Below, piece after piece: positions 20,379 through 30,061 of a stretch of 64,000 bases of DNA. The stretch covers positions 1,088,001-1,152,000 of the forward strand of contig CAWIIB010000009.1 of NCBI GenBank assembly GCA_963836075.1. Reading direction: 5' to 3'. A program made the translations under genes and the position numbers. Source of the stretch: an uncultured Acidobacteriota bacterium (lineage in GTDB: Bacteria; Acidobacteriota; JAQAZP01). How positions within the stretch are numbered: the stretch's first letter is position 1; the number at the start of each line of letters is the position of its first letter. The notes beneath the pieces are model-generated. The model saw only the letters and a list, made by a program, of their open reading frames with translations. It searched no databases and was not told the DNA's origin.

Positions 20379-21038
20379 TCAGCCTGTGTACTCCAGCAGC
20401 CGCACATGGCGTTGGGGCTTGCCTTCCAGCTCGTCGTGAACATCCACAATCTGCTCGGCCAGCAGCTCCACCCCTTCCTTCGGCGCAAAGGAGCGTCCGC
20501 CGTCGGCCAGCAGCACACGCACGCCGTTGTCCCGGGCCCTGGCCAGCAGGGTCATCATCCGCTGGCTGGGAACCTTTTCGTAGAACATGTCGGCCACCAG
20601 GATCACTTCGGCCGACGGGGTGAAGCCATCCACGCTGAGGTCCCGTCCCTCGAAAATCAGCTCCACGTCGTTGGCCGCGGCGTTGAGGGCCGCCAGGTGG
20701 ATGGCCACCGGATCAATGTCGTTAACCACCACCTCCCGTGCGCCGGCCAGGGCGGCGGCGATGCCCGCCACTGCCCCGCCGCAGCCGAGCTCGAGGATGC
20801 TCTTGCCCTTCACGTCGATGGCCCCCTCCATGATGTGTCGGGCCATCACCGCGGCGCCGGGCCAGACCACGCACCAGTAGGGGATCTGGCGGGTGCCGCC
20901 GGTCTCATCCTCCCAGGCCTTCCAGAGGTCGTAGAGGTTGTCCGAGTAATGGGCGGTGACTTGCGGGCAGAGGGTTACGGGCCGGAGCGGCACGTGCTCC
21001 GCCAGCAGTCTGCTGGAGGGGATGTGGATTTTGTCCAT
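20379..21038 (-). CDS. Class I SAM-dependent methyltransferase (METTL20/PrmA-like protein lysine methyltransferase)
   Basis: PYWCVVWPGA, ILELGCGGA (motif I), NDIDPVA, VILVADMFYE. Confidence 0.9.
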   Translation of the reverse strand: MDKIHIPSSRLLAEHVPLRPVTLCPQVTAHYSDNLYDLWKAWEDETGGTRQIPYWCVVWPGAAVMARHIMEGAIDVKGKSILELGCGGAVAGIAAALAGAREVVVNDIDPVAIHLAALNAAANDVELIFEGRDLSVDGFTPSAEVILVADMFYEKVPSQRMMTLLARARDNGVRVLLADGGRSFAPKEGVELLAEQIVDVHDELEGKPQRHVRLLEYTG

Positions 21039-21155
21039 CTGTGCCTTCCCGGGCGATGGTTCACAGCAAGATCCCCCGTTTCCGGGGGACAGGTCAGCGC
21101 ACAGTATACGTAAAAGCGATTGTTACCGCGAGGTGTGGAAAGGCGGGACACCACA

Positions 21156-21873
21156 CTAGACGATAAAGGGCACGAAGACCCTGGTCCGGGCCTTGTACTC
21201 ATTCCCAGGCGGAGCCATACTTCTTCGCGGCCCACTTCTCGCTCTTGGGGATGGCGTCGGAGACATACTGCAGGAAGTTGAGCATCGGGGCGATCCAGCC
21301 CCAGGCCTGACCGCCGATCACCGCAAAGGAGACGTAGATCAGGAAATCGCCGAAGTAGTTGGGGTGCCGGCAAAGGGACCAGAGGCCGCTGTCGAGGAGT
21401 TTGCCGCTACTGTCCGGTCGAGCCTTGAAACGCTGTTTCTGGTAGTCGCCGCCGAAGTGGAAGATGGTGCCGACGATGTAGATGAGGATGGCGAGCGCGT
21501 CTCTCAGGCCCACCGGGGACGGGTCCCGGGTGGCAAAGAAGAAGGGCAGGCAGTAGGCCCAGCCCACGGTGTTGGTCAGCACTACGGGGATCAGGATCTT
21601 GTGGGCCAGGGACGTATCGTCGAGCTTGTCCAGGGCGGTGTTCCCGGTCCACCTGGTGAGGGTCCAGTTCATCCGCAACAGGTAGACCCCGACCATCACC
21701 AGCACCAGGATAGACCTCAGATTCAGCAGGCCATACCAGGTGTAGATCACCGTGACCAGCGCCATGGTGTTGAAGCCGGCCAGGAACGAGATATAGGTAC
21801 GCTTGGTGGCCAGGACGCTGAGGATGCCCAGCAGCGTCATTCCCGCGATGGCGATCAGGATCAGAAGCCACAT
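21156..21873 (-). CDS. DUF1295 (steroid 5-alpha-reductase-like) membrane protein with a frameshift near the 3' end
   Basis: DYQKQRFK...SGLWSLCRHPNYFG. After KKYGSAW the expected tail EYKARTRVFVPFIV-stop (21156) lies in another frame. Confidence 0.85.
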
Positions 21874-21997
21874 GGTCGAGTCCTCGGCAAAAGCCTGGGG
21901 TTTCAGGATCAGACATCGCTATTTTCCATTTTGGCGGGTCAATCTGCAAGTGCTGATGAAGGAAAAGGCGGTTGACCACCGATCCATTTAAAACCCA

Positions 21998-23918
21998 TCA
22001 CCTCGGCCGATTCTCCACCAGGAAGACGAAGTTGCCCTCATGGTCGAGGGTGGCGGAACCGTTCATCTCGCCCAGCTGGGAAAGGAGCCTGGCCATGGCC
22101 CGGAACACCCGCACCGCGTGCCGTTCGGTCTCTTCTCCCTCAACGGTCTCAACTCCTTCATTATCCATCTTGGCCGGTTTCGGCAGAAATGGAATGACTA
22201 TTTTCTCTACCAATTCCCACTCGTACTGCACAATTAGTGAAATTCATGGAGAAGATATCCACTGCGCCCGGAAGGGCGACGGCTTCGTCCATCCAGCTGC
22301 CCGGCCGGTCCTGCAGGGTGGGGATGGTGCCGTGGGCCGCGGAGATCGCTTCCCGTACCGCCGAGCGCACCGGAGAGGCCACCAGCCGGTTGCCCACGAT
22401 GGCGAAGGATGGCGAGGGCAGGGGCAGGGGGATGAAGCCCTCCAGCTGCAGCCCGCGGATCTCCACCCCCTCGTGCTCCTCGCTGACCACCTTGGCACTC
22501 ACCAGGCCCCCGGAGATCTCGGCCACCGCCCCGGCCTCCCACTCGACGAATTCGGTGAGGAACTGTTCCACCCGGGGGCGGTGGAACAGTTCAACGGTGA
22601 GCAGCGGCCGCTGGAGCGGCCAGCGGTCCACGCCGTCCATCGCCGGCAGTATGGCCAGCGCGGTCTGGTTGCCCAGGAATGGGTAGAGGTCGGTCTGCGG
22701 CTCGAGACCGGTGGAATCGCAGAAGGTGGCCGCTGTTTCATCGAGCTTCCGGCGCAATGTCGGTGCGTGGTTCTGCAGCAGCCAGTCCAGCCCGGCGACG
22801 ATCTCGGCCGGGGAGGCGCCGATGTCGCCGGCGGTCAGGGCATCGCCCGGCAGATCCCCGGCCATCGGGCGGCCCACCGGACGCAGAGCGGATCCCAGCC
22901 GGGTCAGGCCGTCGGGCGGATCGGTTTCGGTGAGCCGCCCGGTGACCCGGGAGCGGATACGGTCCGGGGAGACCTCGCGGGCCATGCCCAGATGCTCCAT
23001 GCGGGACAGAATCGTGTTCACCGGGCCGAAGCTCTGGCCGGAGGCCAGCTGCAGGGCACTGACCCATTTGCGGGTTTCGGCGGAGTTGATGTAGGCGCGG
23101 ACCCAGTAGTCCTCGGGCAACTCCTCCATGGCCATTCGGTAGTCTTCCGAGGCGGAGAGAGAGCTGGATACGGATGCTGCCTTCCCGCGGAGCGCCTCGG
23201 CCACCTGGTTCATCTCCGGCCGGCTGTCCGGTGTGCTGAAAACGGCCCAGGAGCCCACCCGCTGGCCGGTGAGAACCACCTTTCCATTGGGGACGCGGAC
23301 CAGGAAGTGGCCTTCGCCGCTGCGGGGGGATGACCAGGTGAGCGGGGTGAGGGTGATCCGTCCGGTGAGCCAGGCCAGCGCCTTCACCGGGTCGGATTCA
23401 CCGTTTCCCATGGCGGCCACCACCGGTTCGGGCCGGCCCGAACCTGCCGAGGGGATCAGCGCCACGGCCAGGTGCACGCCGCAGAAGGCGTCCATGTTCT
23501 GGCGGAACTCGGCGCCGGTTTTCCAGTAGTCGGTGGCGGTGGCCAGCACCGACAGCGGGGCGGCGGGCTCGCCGCCCGCCGCTGCCAGTTCGTTGAGCAG
23601 CGGGCCCAGCTCGGGCCAGAAGTCCATCTGGGTCAGCGTCTCCAGCCCGTCGGAGATATTGCGGCATTCCACGTATACCAGGGCGTCCGCCGGGAAGGCA
23701 TACGAGGGGTTGGGTATCACCTGGACGGATACGCTCCCCTCCTGCGGATCCGTTTCAGCCGGGGACGCCATCAGGATCGCCGAGAGCAGCATGGCGGCGG
23801 TGCTGATGGTGGGGCCGATGAGGAGCGCAGCGGCGAGGAGGATCAGGATCCCGGCGGCGATGCTGCCGGCCACCGAGTGCCTGCCTTCTCTCCTGCCCCA
23901 TCTCATTAACCTTTTCAT
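21998..23918 (-). CDS. Large exported DUF3352-like protein, apparently frameshifted near 22235
   Basis: GGAGGA RBS before MKRLMR (23918); N-terminal hydrophobic segment; FPADALVYVE pattern. Track ORF 21998..22231 looks like the C-terminus. Confidence 0.62.
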
Positions 23919-23974
23919 CGTTCTTCCTCCCAGCCGGGCCGCTCCATCATTGTCGCACGGAGAGGCCGGCATCA

Positions 23975-25135
23975 TCAGCTTTTTTCGCCGTCGGGAGCTG
24001 GCGGCGGCGGTGTGGCTTCCGCGATGTTCTCCCCGTCCACCTCGCCATCTTCACTGGCCTGCTTGCCGAGAATGCGGTCGAAGGCGGTCAATCCGCCCAT
24101 GGCGCCGAGGCCCATGGTCTCCACTGCGGTGGAGGGGACGATGATCATCGAGCCCTTCTTCTTCAAGCCTTCGAAGACCATGTTCATTGCGCGAAGGTGC
24201 AGGGCCGCCGGGTTGTTCTTGTAGTATTCGGAGGCCTGGGAGAACTTCTCGGCGATCTCGGTCTCGGCGGTGGAGAGGATGATCCGCGACTGGCGCTCAC
24301 GCTCGGCCTGGGCCTTGCGGCTCATGGCGTCCTCGAGGGCGCTGGGGATGATGATGTCCCGGATCTCCACCGACTGGACGGTGATGCCCCAGGCGCTGGT
24401 CTTGGTATCCAGCACCTGCTGGATCTCCTTGCCCAACCGGTCGCGCTGGGAGAGCATCTCGCCCAGTTCGTGGCGGCCGATGGCGTCCCGCAATCCGGTC
24501 TGGGCCGAGAGGGACACGGCGGCTTCGAAGTCGGCCACTTCCAGTACGGCCTTCTGGGCGTCCCAGACCATCCAGAAGGCGATGGCGTCGACGTTCACCG
24601 GCACGGTGTCCTTGGTCAGTGTTGTTTCGGCTTTGAAATCGGTGACCCGGATCCGCTGATCGACGTAACTGGCCACCTTGTCGATCACCGGCAGGACGAG
24701 GAAGAGCCCTGACCCGCAGAGCCCGCGGAACTTGCCGAAGCGCAGCACCACAGCCCGCTCCCACTGGTAGGCCATCTGGATGCACGGCGAGATGAGCCCG
24801 GCCAGTACCACCGAGATGATCAGGATCTCGCTCTCCGGCCGGTGGCGCAGATAGACGCCCAGGGCGGACAACGTGGTGAGGATGGCCACCGCCTCCCAGA
24901 TCTGGGTCAGGCGGTAGAGCCCGGCCAGCACCAGGGCGATGGTGATCATGGTGATCACCGCGGAGAGGCGGAAGGGATACATCGCCAGCTGGGCGAAGAG
25001 GCCGGCGAAGCAGATGGAGACCAGGATCATGATGTTCAGCGGGCCGAAGCGGAAGTCGGCCCGGAACCCGCTGGAAAATTTGTCCAGGCTTCCCATGCTC
25101 ATCGAGCTGTTGGATTTGGATGATATCTTGATCAT
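23975..25135 (-). CDS. SPFH/band-7 (stomatin/slipin) membrane protein
   Basis: QWERAVVLRFGKF, TLTKDTVPVNVDA, AWGITVQSVEIRD, AMSRKAQAERE. Confidence 0.94.
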   Translation of the reverse strand: MIKISSKSNSSMSMGSLDKFSSGFRADFRFGPLNIMILVSICFAGLFAQLAMYPFRLSAVITMITIALVLAGLYRLTQIWEAVAILTTLSALGVYLRHRPESEILIISVVLAGLISPCIQMAYQWERAVVLRFGKFRGLCGSGLFLVLPVIDKVASYVDQRIRVTDFKAETTLTKDTVPVNVDAIAFWMVWDAQKAVLEVADFEAAVSLSAQTGLRDAIGRHELGEMLSQRDRLGKEIQQVLDTKTSAWGITVQSVEIRDIIIPSALEDAMSRKAQAERERQSRIILSTAETEIAEKFSQASEYYKNNPAALHLRAMNMVFEGLKKKGSMIIVPSTAVETMGLGAMGGLTAFDRILGKQASEDGEVDGENIAEATPPPPAPDGEKS

Positions 25136-25150
25136 CGTTCGGCTCCTTGT

Positions 25151-25528
25151 TTAGCGGTTGCGTCGCTGTTCGAGGTTGGCGAGGATGTCCTCGAGGCTGA
25201 ACCCGTGGGTCGAGGCCCGCGAGAGCATCTCCTGGCACAACTGGTCCAGGATGCGTCGCCGCTCCACGTCGTCCTGCTCCACTTTCTGCCGGCCGACAAA
25301 GGTACCCGACCCCATCTGGGTCTCCACCAGCCCGGTGAGTTCGAGCTCGGTGTAGGCCCGGCTCACCGTGTTGGGGTTGATCGAGAGGTCGACGGAGAGC
25401 TGCCGCACCGTGGGAAGCCGGTCACCCGGCTCGAGACTCCCGGTGGCGATGGAGCTCTTCACCTGGTCGATGATCTGCCGGTAGAAGGGAACTCCGCTCT
25501 TCAAATCGAGCTGGAAATTGATCTCCAA
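25151..25528 (-). CDS. GntR family (YtrA subfamily) regulator
   Basis: SGVPFYRQII...LEPGDRLPTVRQLSVDLSINPNTVSRAYTELE...GSGTFV; TTG start with GGAGGG RBS. Confidence 0.94.
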   Translation of the reverse strand: MEINFQLDLKSGVPFYRQIIDQVKSSIATGSLEPGDRLPTVRQLSVDLSINPNTVSRAYTELELTGLVETQMGSGTFVGRQKVEQDDVERRRILDQLCQEMLSRASTHGFSLEDILANLEQRRNR

Positions 25529-25577
25529 GTGTCCCTCCTTCTCGTATAAGAATCGTCCTAGTGGACTATTGTCATGG

Positions 25578-25589
25578 TGTATTAATACA
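25578..25589. promoter_or_regulatory. Palindromic candidate GntR operator
   Basis: TGTATTAATACA, a perfect palindrome about 50 bp upstream of the gntR start. Confidence 0.55.
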
Positions 25590-25611
25590 ATTTTATTGCC
25601 AGCTTGTCAAG

Positions 25612-25701
25612 AAAAAAAATGGGGACCGCTACCTCCCCCTGTAAACTTATGAAAAATAATAGGTATGATTTCGTAGGGACAGTTACCTGGTCACCGTCCC
25701 C
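25612..25701. repeat. Degenerate GGGGAC...GTCCCC element
   Basis: AAAAAAAATGGGGACCGCTACC ... GGGACAGTTACCTGGTCACCGTCCCC with an AT-rich core. Confidence 0.6.
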
Positions 25702-25719
25702 GATTCAGGGGGGGGACAC

Positions 25720-25759
25720 AAAAAAGCCCGGCAACCGGGGGATCTCCGGCTGCCGGGCT
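25720..25759 (-). terminator. Rho-independent terminator
   Basis: AGCCCGGCAACCGG..CCGGCTGCCGGGCT stem followed by a U-tract on the minus strand, just after the stop at 25782. Confidence 0.8.
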
Positions 25760-25781
25760 CCTGGATTCTGGTTCAGCGCAA

Positions 25782-26201
25782 CTACTCTTTCTTGGCGTCC
25801 TCGGCCTTTTTCGCGGCTTCATCAACCTCAGCCTTGGCCGCTTCCCCGGCAGCGGCCGCTTCGGCAGCAATTTCCGGCGCGGTCTCCTTGATCTCTTCCA
25901 CCGCCTCCAGCACTTCTTCCGCGGCGGCCGGGTCCATTTCCTTCATCGCTTCGGCGACCGCTTCAGCTTCGGCCGCAGCATCCACGATCTCCTTCTCGAT
26001 CTCTTCCTTGGTCGGCAGAGCCTCGGGTTCGGCAGGTGCCGCAGGTTTTGCCGGCGCTTCCGGTGCTGCCGCGTCGGCAGTCTTCTCAGCCTTGTCGTCG
26101 CAGGGCTTGTCCTTCTTGACCGGCGGATCGTCGGCCATCACCAGAGTCATGCCGCCGGCCAGCAGACAGATCATGCAGACCATAAAGATCTTCCTCAACA
26201 T
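25782..26201 (-). CDS. Secreted Ala/Glu/Pro-rich low-complexity protein
   Basis: MLRKIFMVCMICLLAGGMTLVMA signal peptide; AGGAGGAG RBS. Confidence 0.8.
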   Translation of the reverse strand: MLRKIFMVCMICLLAGGMTLVMADDPPVKKDKPCDDKAEKTADAAAPEAPAKPAAPAEPEALPTKEEIEKEIVDAAAEAEAVAEAMKEMDPAAAEEVLEAVEEIKETAPEIAAEAAAAGEAAKAEVDEAAKKAEDAKKE

Positions 26202-26322
26202 CAGTCCACTCCTCCTCCTGATCAGAAAATTTATTGTTATATAAATGGCTTGACCCTTTGTACCACCCTGCTCTTGCGCAGTCAATGACTAAATCTGTCG
26301 GTTTTCCTGCGCCCTTGGGTGT

Positions 26323-26493
26323 TCAGCTGTTGATCATGAGAATCATGATCACAAGGAAGGTGATGACGGCAACAATGATGGAGATCTCAAGGCCATGGAT
26401 GCTCCGGTTCTGCCTGGAGATCGTCTGCTGCAGTTCTTGTTCCCATTCGCTGGGGCGGTCTGATGGGCGGCGCTCCTGATCATCAATTGGCAT
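26323..26493 (-). CDS. 56-aa protein with a C-terminal TM helix (not in the ORF track)
   Basis: MPIDDQERRPSDRPSEWEQELQQTISRQNRSIHGLEISIIVAVITFLVIMILMINS-stop. Confidence 0.6.
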   Translation of the reverse strand: MPIDDQERRPSDRPSEWEQELQQTISRQNRSIHGLEISIIVAVITFLVIMILMINS

Positions 26494-26674
26494 TGATCTC
26501 TCTTCCGGATGGTTGTTTTGAAAGGAAGCTCCCGGTTTCTGTTCAATTCTGTAGACTGGTTCGGGCGGAATAAGTCACACGGGAGGCGGAGCGGGGAACA
26601 GGTGCGAGGAGGTGCGTACATTAACATGACCGGACCCGCTGACAGCCGGTCCGGCCATGCAGTTCGGTCAAAGT

Positions 26675-26857
26675 TCAGATGACCTGGGCGGAGGTCAACA
26701 GGATTGCGGTCCCGAGAAAGAAGATCGTGGCGCTGATGGCAAACTCCAGGTACCAGTTCCTCCTGGTCCCGCTGGTGAGTTTATCTCCCATGTCTCGTGC
26801 AATCGTCTTCAGCTGCTCTGTGTGTGTGCTGCTATTCGAACTGGTGACGGTTCTCAT
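26675..26857 (-). CDS. 60-aa protein with a C-terminal TM helix
   Basis: Ends RRNWYLEFAISATIFFLGTAILLTSAQVI; same architecture as the neighbouring small ORF. Confidence 0.58.
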   Translation of the reverse strand: MRTVTSSNSSTHTEQLKTIARDMGDKLTSGTRRNWYLEFAISATIFFLGTAILLTSAQVI

Positions 26858-27044
26858 TATCTACCCCTGCTTCAGTATGGATGTCGGTGGCAACCGGTTA
26901 GTTCTGCTCTGTCTACTAGTAAGATTGATTCCGGAGAGAAAAGTTACATAAATATCATCTTGAGTCAAAAAAAAGTCTGTCCGGATTCCGGTGCGGATGA
27001 CGAGATATGGACAGCACGGCTGAATCTGTCCCGGGGATCAGGGT

Positions 27045-27511
27045 GTGATCCGGGACGACATCACCGCCCAGCTCCGGCAGGAGGTGGACGCGGACCAACA
27101 GAGCGTTCACCGCGCCCTGGAGAGGCTGGGCGCAACCGTGGAGTTCGGGACAATCTCTGTACTACAGCCTGTTCTATGACGCGGTCATTTCCTCGTATCC
27201 TGATCTGCTGATGACCATTTCCGCCGGCAACGAGGGCCCGAATAATACGCAGTTCAACGATCCGGCCATTGCTTACAACCCCATCGCCGTGGCCAATGTG
27301 GATGACCAGGGGACGGTCTTCCGCAGCGACGACGAGATCTGGTACTCGAGCAGCCGTGGACCATTCACATTACTCCTACTACGTGGAGTGGGGTCCCCAC
27401 CAGTGGTATCTGCCGGTGGACGTGACGCCGGTGCCCTACAACCAGCCGCCCTACCCGCCGGCCGGGGACAGTGACAGTTCCTCCTGCACGGTGGTGGCCA
27501 ACGCGCCCTGA
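27045..27511 (+). pseudogene. Collapsed remnant of an S8 (subtilisin-like) protease carrying the tail of the conserved C-terminal domain
   Basis: Pieces in three frames: a propeptide-like QQSVHRALERLGATVEF; LLMTISAGNEGP...PAIAYNPIAVANVD...SSSRGP; DVTPVPYNQPPYPPAGDSDSSSCTVVANAP-stop. Confidence 0.82.
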
Positions 27512-27574
27512 GGCAGCCGTTCCCCGTGAGAATGGTGCTGCTGATCGGTCAAGAGGGAATGCTGAATCGTGGGA

Positions 27575-27608
27575 GAGGACGTCGGGCGCTCCTGCGCCCG
27601 GCGTCCTC
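27575..27608. terminator. GC-rich hairpin between convergent units
   Basis: GAGGACGTCGGGCGC-TCCT-GCGCCCGGCGTCCTC. Confidence 0.55.
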
Positions 27609-27627
27609 CGGTACGGGGTGCGTATGA

Positions 27628-28170
27628 TCACTCCCCCGGGATCTCGGGCGGGATCTCGCAGGGAGCCGGACCGGCCGGCAGGCCGCCGTCCCCTGCACCC
27701 CGGAAGTCGAGGGCGACGGAGTTGATGCAGTAGCGTTCGCCGCCAGGCGCCGGCCCGTCCTCGAAGACGTGGCCCAGGTGGGCTTCGCACTTCCGGCAGA
27801 CCACCTCGGTGCGCACCATACCGTGCGAACGGTCGGCTTTCGTCCCCACGCTCTCCTCGCCGGCCGGACGGGTGTAGCTGGGCCAGCCGGTGCCGGAGTC
27901 GAACTTGTCCTCCGCGGAAAAGAGCGGGTTGCCGCAGGCGGCACAGAGATAGGTCCCGTCGTCCTTCTTGTCCCAGTAGGCTCCGCTGAAGGGCCGCTCG
28001 GTCCCCTTCTCGCGCATCACCCGGTATTGCTCGGGGGTGAGCTGCGCTTCTTTCATGGCGTCAGTTGCCTTCATCTTGTCGTCCGGGTCATCACCGGCCC
28101 AGGCGCCGCCGCAGACGGCCCCCAGGGTGAAGAGCATGATGATCAACAGCGACGGATTTTTTGTCTTCAT
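27628..28170 (-). CDS. msrB: Peptide-methionine (R)-S-oxide reductase with signal peptide
   Basis: LTPEQYRVMREKGTERPF, CAAC, KFDSGTGWPS, CRKCEAHLGHVFEDGP, RYCINS; N-terminal signal ending AWA. Confidence 0.96.
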   Translation of the reverse strand: MKTKNPSLLIIMLFTLGAVCGGAWAGDDPDDKMKATDAMKEAQLTPEQYRVMREKGTERPFSGAYWDKKDDGTYLCAACGNPLFSAEDKFDSGTGWPSYTRPAGEESVGTKADRSHGMVRTEVVCRKCEAHLGHVFEDGPAPGGERYCINSVALDFRGAGDGGLPAGPAPCEIPPEIPGE

Positions 28171-28281
28171 GGCTACCATCTCCTTTCGCCATACGGCGCT
28201 GAACGGACCCCGCGGGGTGGATATTGTCATGGTCACTCCTAACTATGCCGTGAAGGGTGCGGGTGTGACCGTGCGGCGGTG

Positions 28282-28803
28282 TTACTTTTCCAGGCGGGCA
28301 CGGTAGAGCAGGAGATCGTCAGCCCCGAAGCAGCAGAAGGTCACCGATCCCGGCAGGTCATGGGAGGAGAGCCAATCCGTGACGGCGCTCACCGCGATGT
28401 CGCAGGCCTCTTCCTTGGGGTAGCCGTACACTCCGGTGGAGATGCAGGGGAAGGCGATGGTCTCGCAGCCGGCCTCGACAGCCAGGCGGAGCGATTCCAG
28501 GTAGCAGGAGCGGAGCAGTTCGGCTTCGCCCCGTCCGCCGCCACGGTAGACCGGGCCAACGGTGTGGATCACGTGCCTGGCCGGCAGGTTGTATCCACCG
28601 GTGATCCTGGCCTCGCCGGTGGGGCAGCCGCCGATGGTGCGGCACTGGGCAAGGAGACCGGGCCCGGCGGCCCGGTGGATGGCGCCGTCCACCCCGCCGC
28701 CGCCCAGCAGCGATCCATTGGCCGCATTGACAACGGCGTCAACGGAGAGCGTGGTGATGTCGGTTATGGCGACCTTCATCCGGGACGCGGACTCGTTGTT
28801 CAT
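28282..28803 (-). CDS. Macro domain O-acetyl-ADP-ribose deacetylase (YmdB-like)
   Basis: [52 protein letters not shown]. Confidence 0.96.
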   Translation of the reverse strand: MNNESASRMKVAITDITTLSVDAVVNAANGSLLGGGGVDGAIHRAAGPGLLAQCRTIGGCPTGEARITGGYNLPARHVIHTVGPVYRGGGRGEAELLRSCYLESLRLAVEAGCETIAFPCISTGVYGYPKEEACDIAVSAVTDWLSSHDLPGSVTFCCFGADDLLLYRARLEK

Positions 28804-29014
28804 CTGTGCCTCAAGTTGTTTTCAGTATGCCGCTGCTGTTCGTGGCATTCGCCCTCATCGCGTCCCGCAATACCGGCAGTGTCCGGCGATCTCATCTCCC
28901 ACGGGCGAAACCAATCATCATCGTTTTGATCATAAAAGATTGTCCCCAGCTTGGCTAATGATAATCGGGGGGGCCCAGGCCCCCCCATGCTACTGCTCAT
29001 CCTGTTGCTGCCTC

Positions 29015-30001
29015 CTACTTTTGGGCCGGGCCAAAGGAGGCCGGGCGGTGGGGGGAGAAGCCGGGGTGGTGCACCGCTGCGGGCGCGTTGGTAATGGCCG
29101 GGACATAGCCGAGCACCGGGACCGGAACGCCGTCACCGGGAGCGAGGCAGGTGCCCTTGTAGCAATACGCCGGCTGGATGAATTCTCCGCCGTTGTCGTG
29201 GAGCACCAGCTCGATGCTGTCCACGGTGATTCTGGCATCCGCGGCAAAGACGCGGGAGACGTCGGTCTTGATCATCTCCGGGAGACTGGCCGTGCTCACG
29301 GAGAGGCTGCGCGCAACCAGCTGACGGGAAGCCACTTCACGCCAGTGATACTGCAGGCCCACCAGACCGGGGCCGTCTCCGAAGGTCAGGGTGATCGAGG
29401 ATCCATAGTTCATCACTCTGAGGCCGTCCAGCTCGCGGTAGAGGTAGACCACCACCGCTTTCTGCTCGGGTTCGTAGCTAGTGAGCGGGTCGGCCAGGGC
29501 CTGCATGATCCCGCCCACGTGATCGACCTTCAGCTCCTCGGCGTTGACCGGCATCAGGTCCGACATGCGCAGGAAATCGAAGCTGCGGTCCAGGGCCTCC
29601 TTGTCGTCGGGCAGGGGGCCGGTGGGTTCGGCCAGCTTGAGGGCCGGGAAATCGGTGAAGTAGAGTTCGGTGCCGTCCTCGCGGATGCTCACCTGCAGCG
29701 TGTCGTCGGCGTAGGCCAGGCGGTCTTCGATCATCCGGAAACTGGTCAGCGGCAGCATCTCGTGGCCGGCGGCAAAAGTGGCCGCCCCCAGCTTGTCTGC
29801 TGCTTCAGCCGGGGTCAACGTGGGCTGCTCCATGCGGTAGATGTAGAGGCTGTCGGACGGCGTCTCGGCCGTGGCGTTGAAGGTGACCTCGGCGGCGGCC
29901 GCCGGCAGGGTAAGAGCCAATGCCAGGCCGATGATGGCCAGCACGCCGAGTGCAGTGCGGCAATTGGCTGATGTCCGGTTCGAGTGGTGGTTGGTCTTCA
30001 T
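29015..30001 (-). CDS. Secreted hypothetical protein (YcdB/YcdC- or propeptide-like)
   Basis: Signal peptide ending AAA; GAGGAG RBS; VYLYRELDGLRV...ITLTFG...LVGLQYHW and FIQPAYCY patterns. Confidence 0.72.
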   Translation of the reverse strand: MKTNHHSNRTSANCRTALGVLAIIGLALALTLPAAAAEVTFNATAETPSDSLYIYRMEQPTLTPAEAADKLGAATFAAGHEMLPLTSFRMIEDRLAYADDTLQVSIREDGTELYFTDFPALKLAEPTGPLPDDKEALDRSFDFLRMSDLMPVNAEELKVDHVGGIMQALADPLTSYEPEQKAVVVYLYRELDGLRVMNYGSSITLTFGDGPGLVGLQYHWREVASRQLVARSLSVSTASLPEMIKTDVSRVFAADARITVDSIELVLHDNGGEFIQPAYCYKGTCLAPGDGVPVPVLGYVPAITNAPAAVHHPGFSPHRPASFGPAQK

Positions 30002-30061
30002 TGTTCTGCTCCTCATGTAATCCGTTCGGTTCGTCGGTCCTGGGCACCGATCCTTGGTGGA

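Noticed and set aside
21199-21201. TGA after KKYGSAWE as Sec or Trp readthrough
   Set aside because: The family-like continuation is in another frame. Many genes here end normally in TGA, so the genome does not use genetic code 4 or 25.
27720-27740. MsrB as a selenoprotein
   Set aside because: The catalytic residue in RYCINS is encoded by TGC (Cys).
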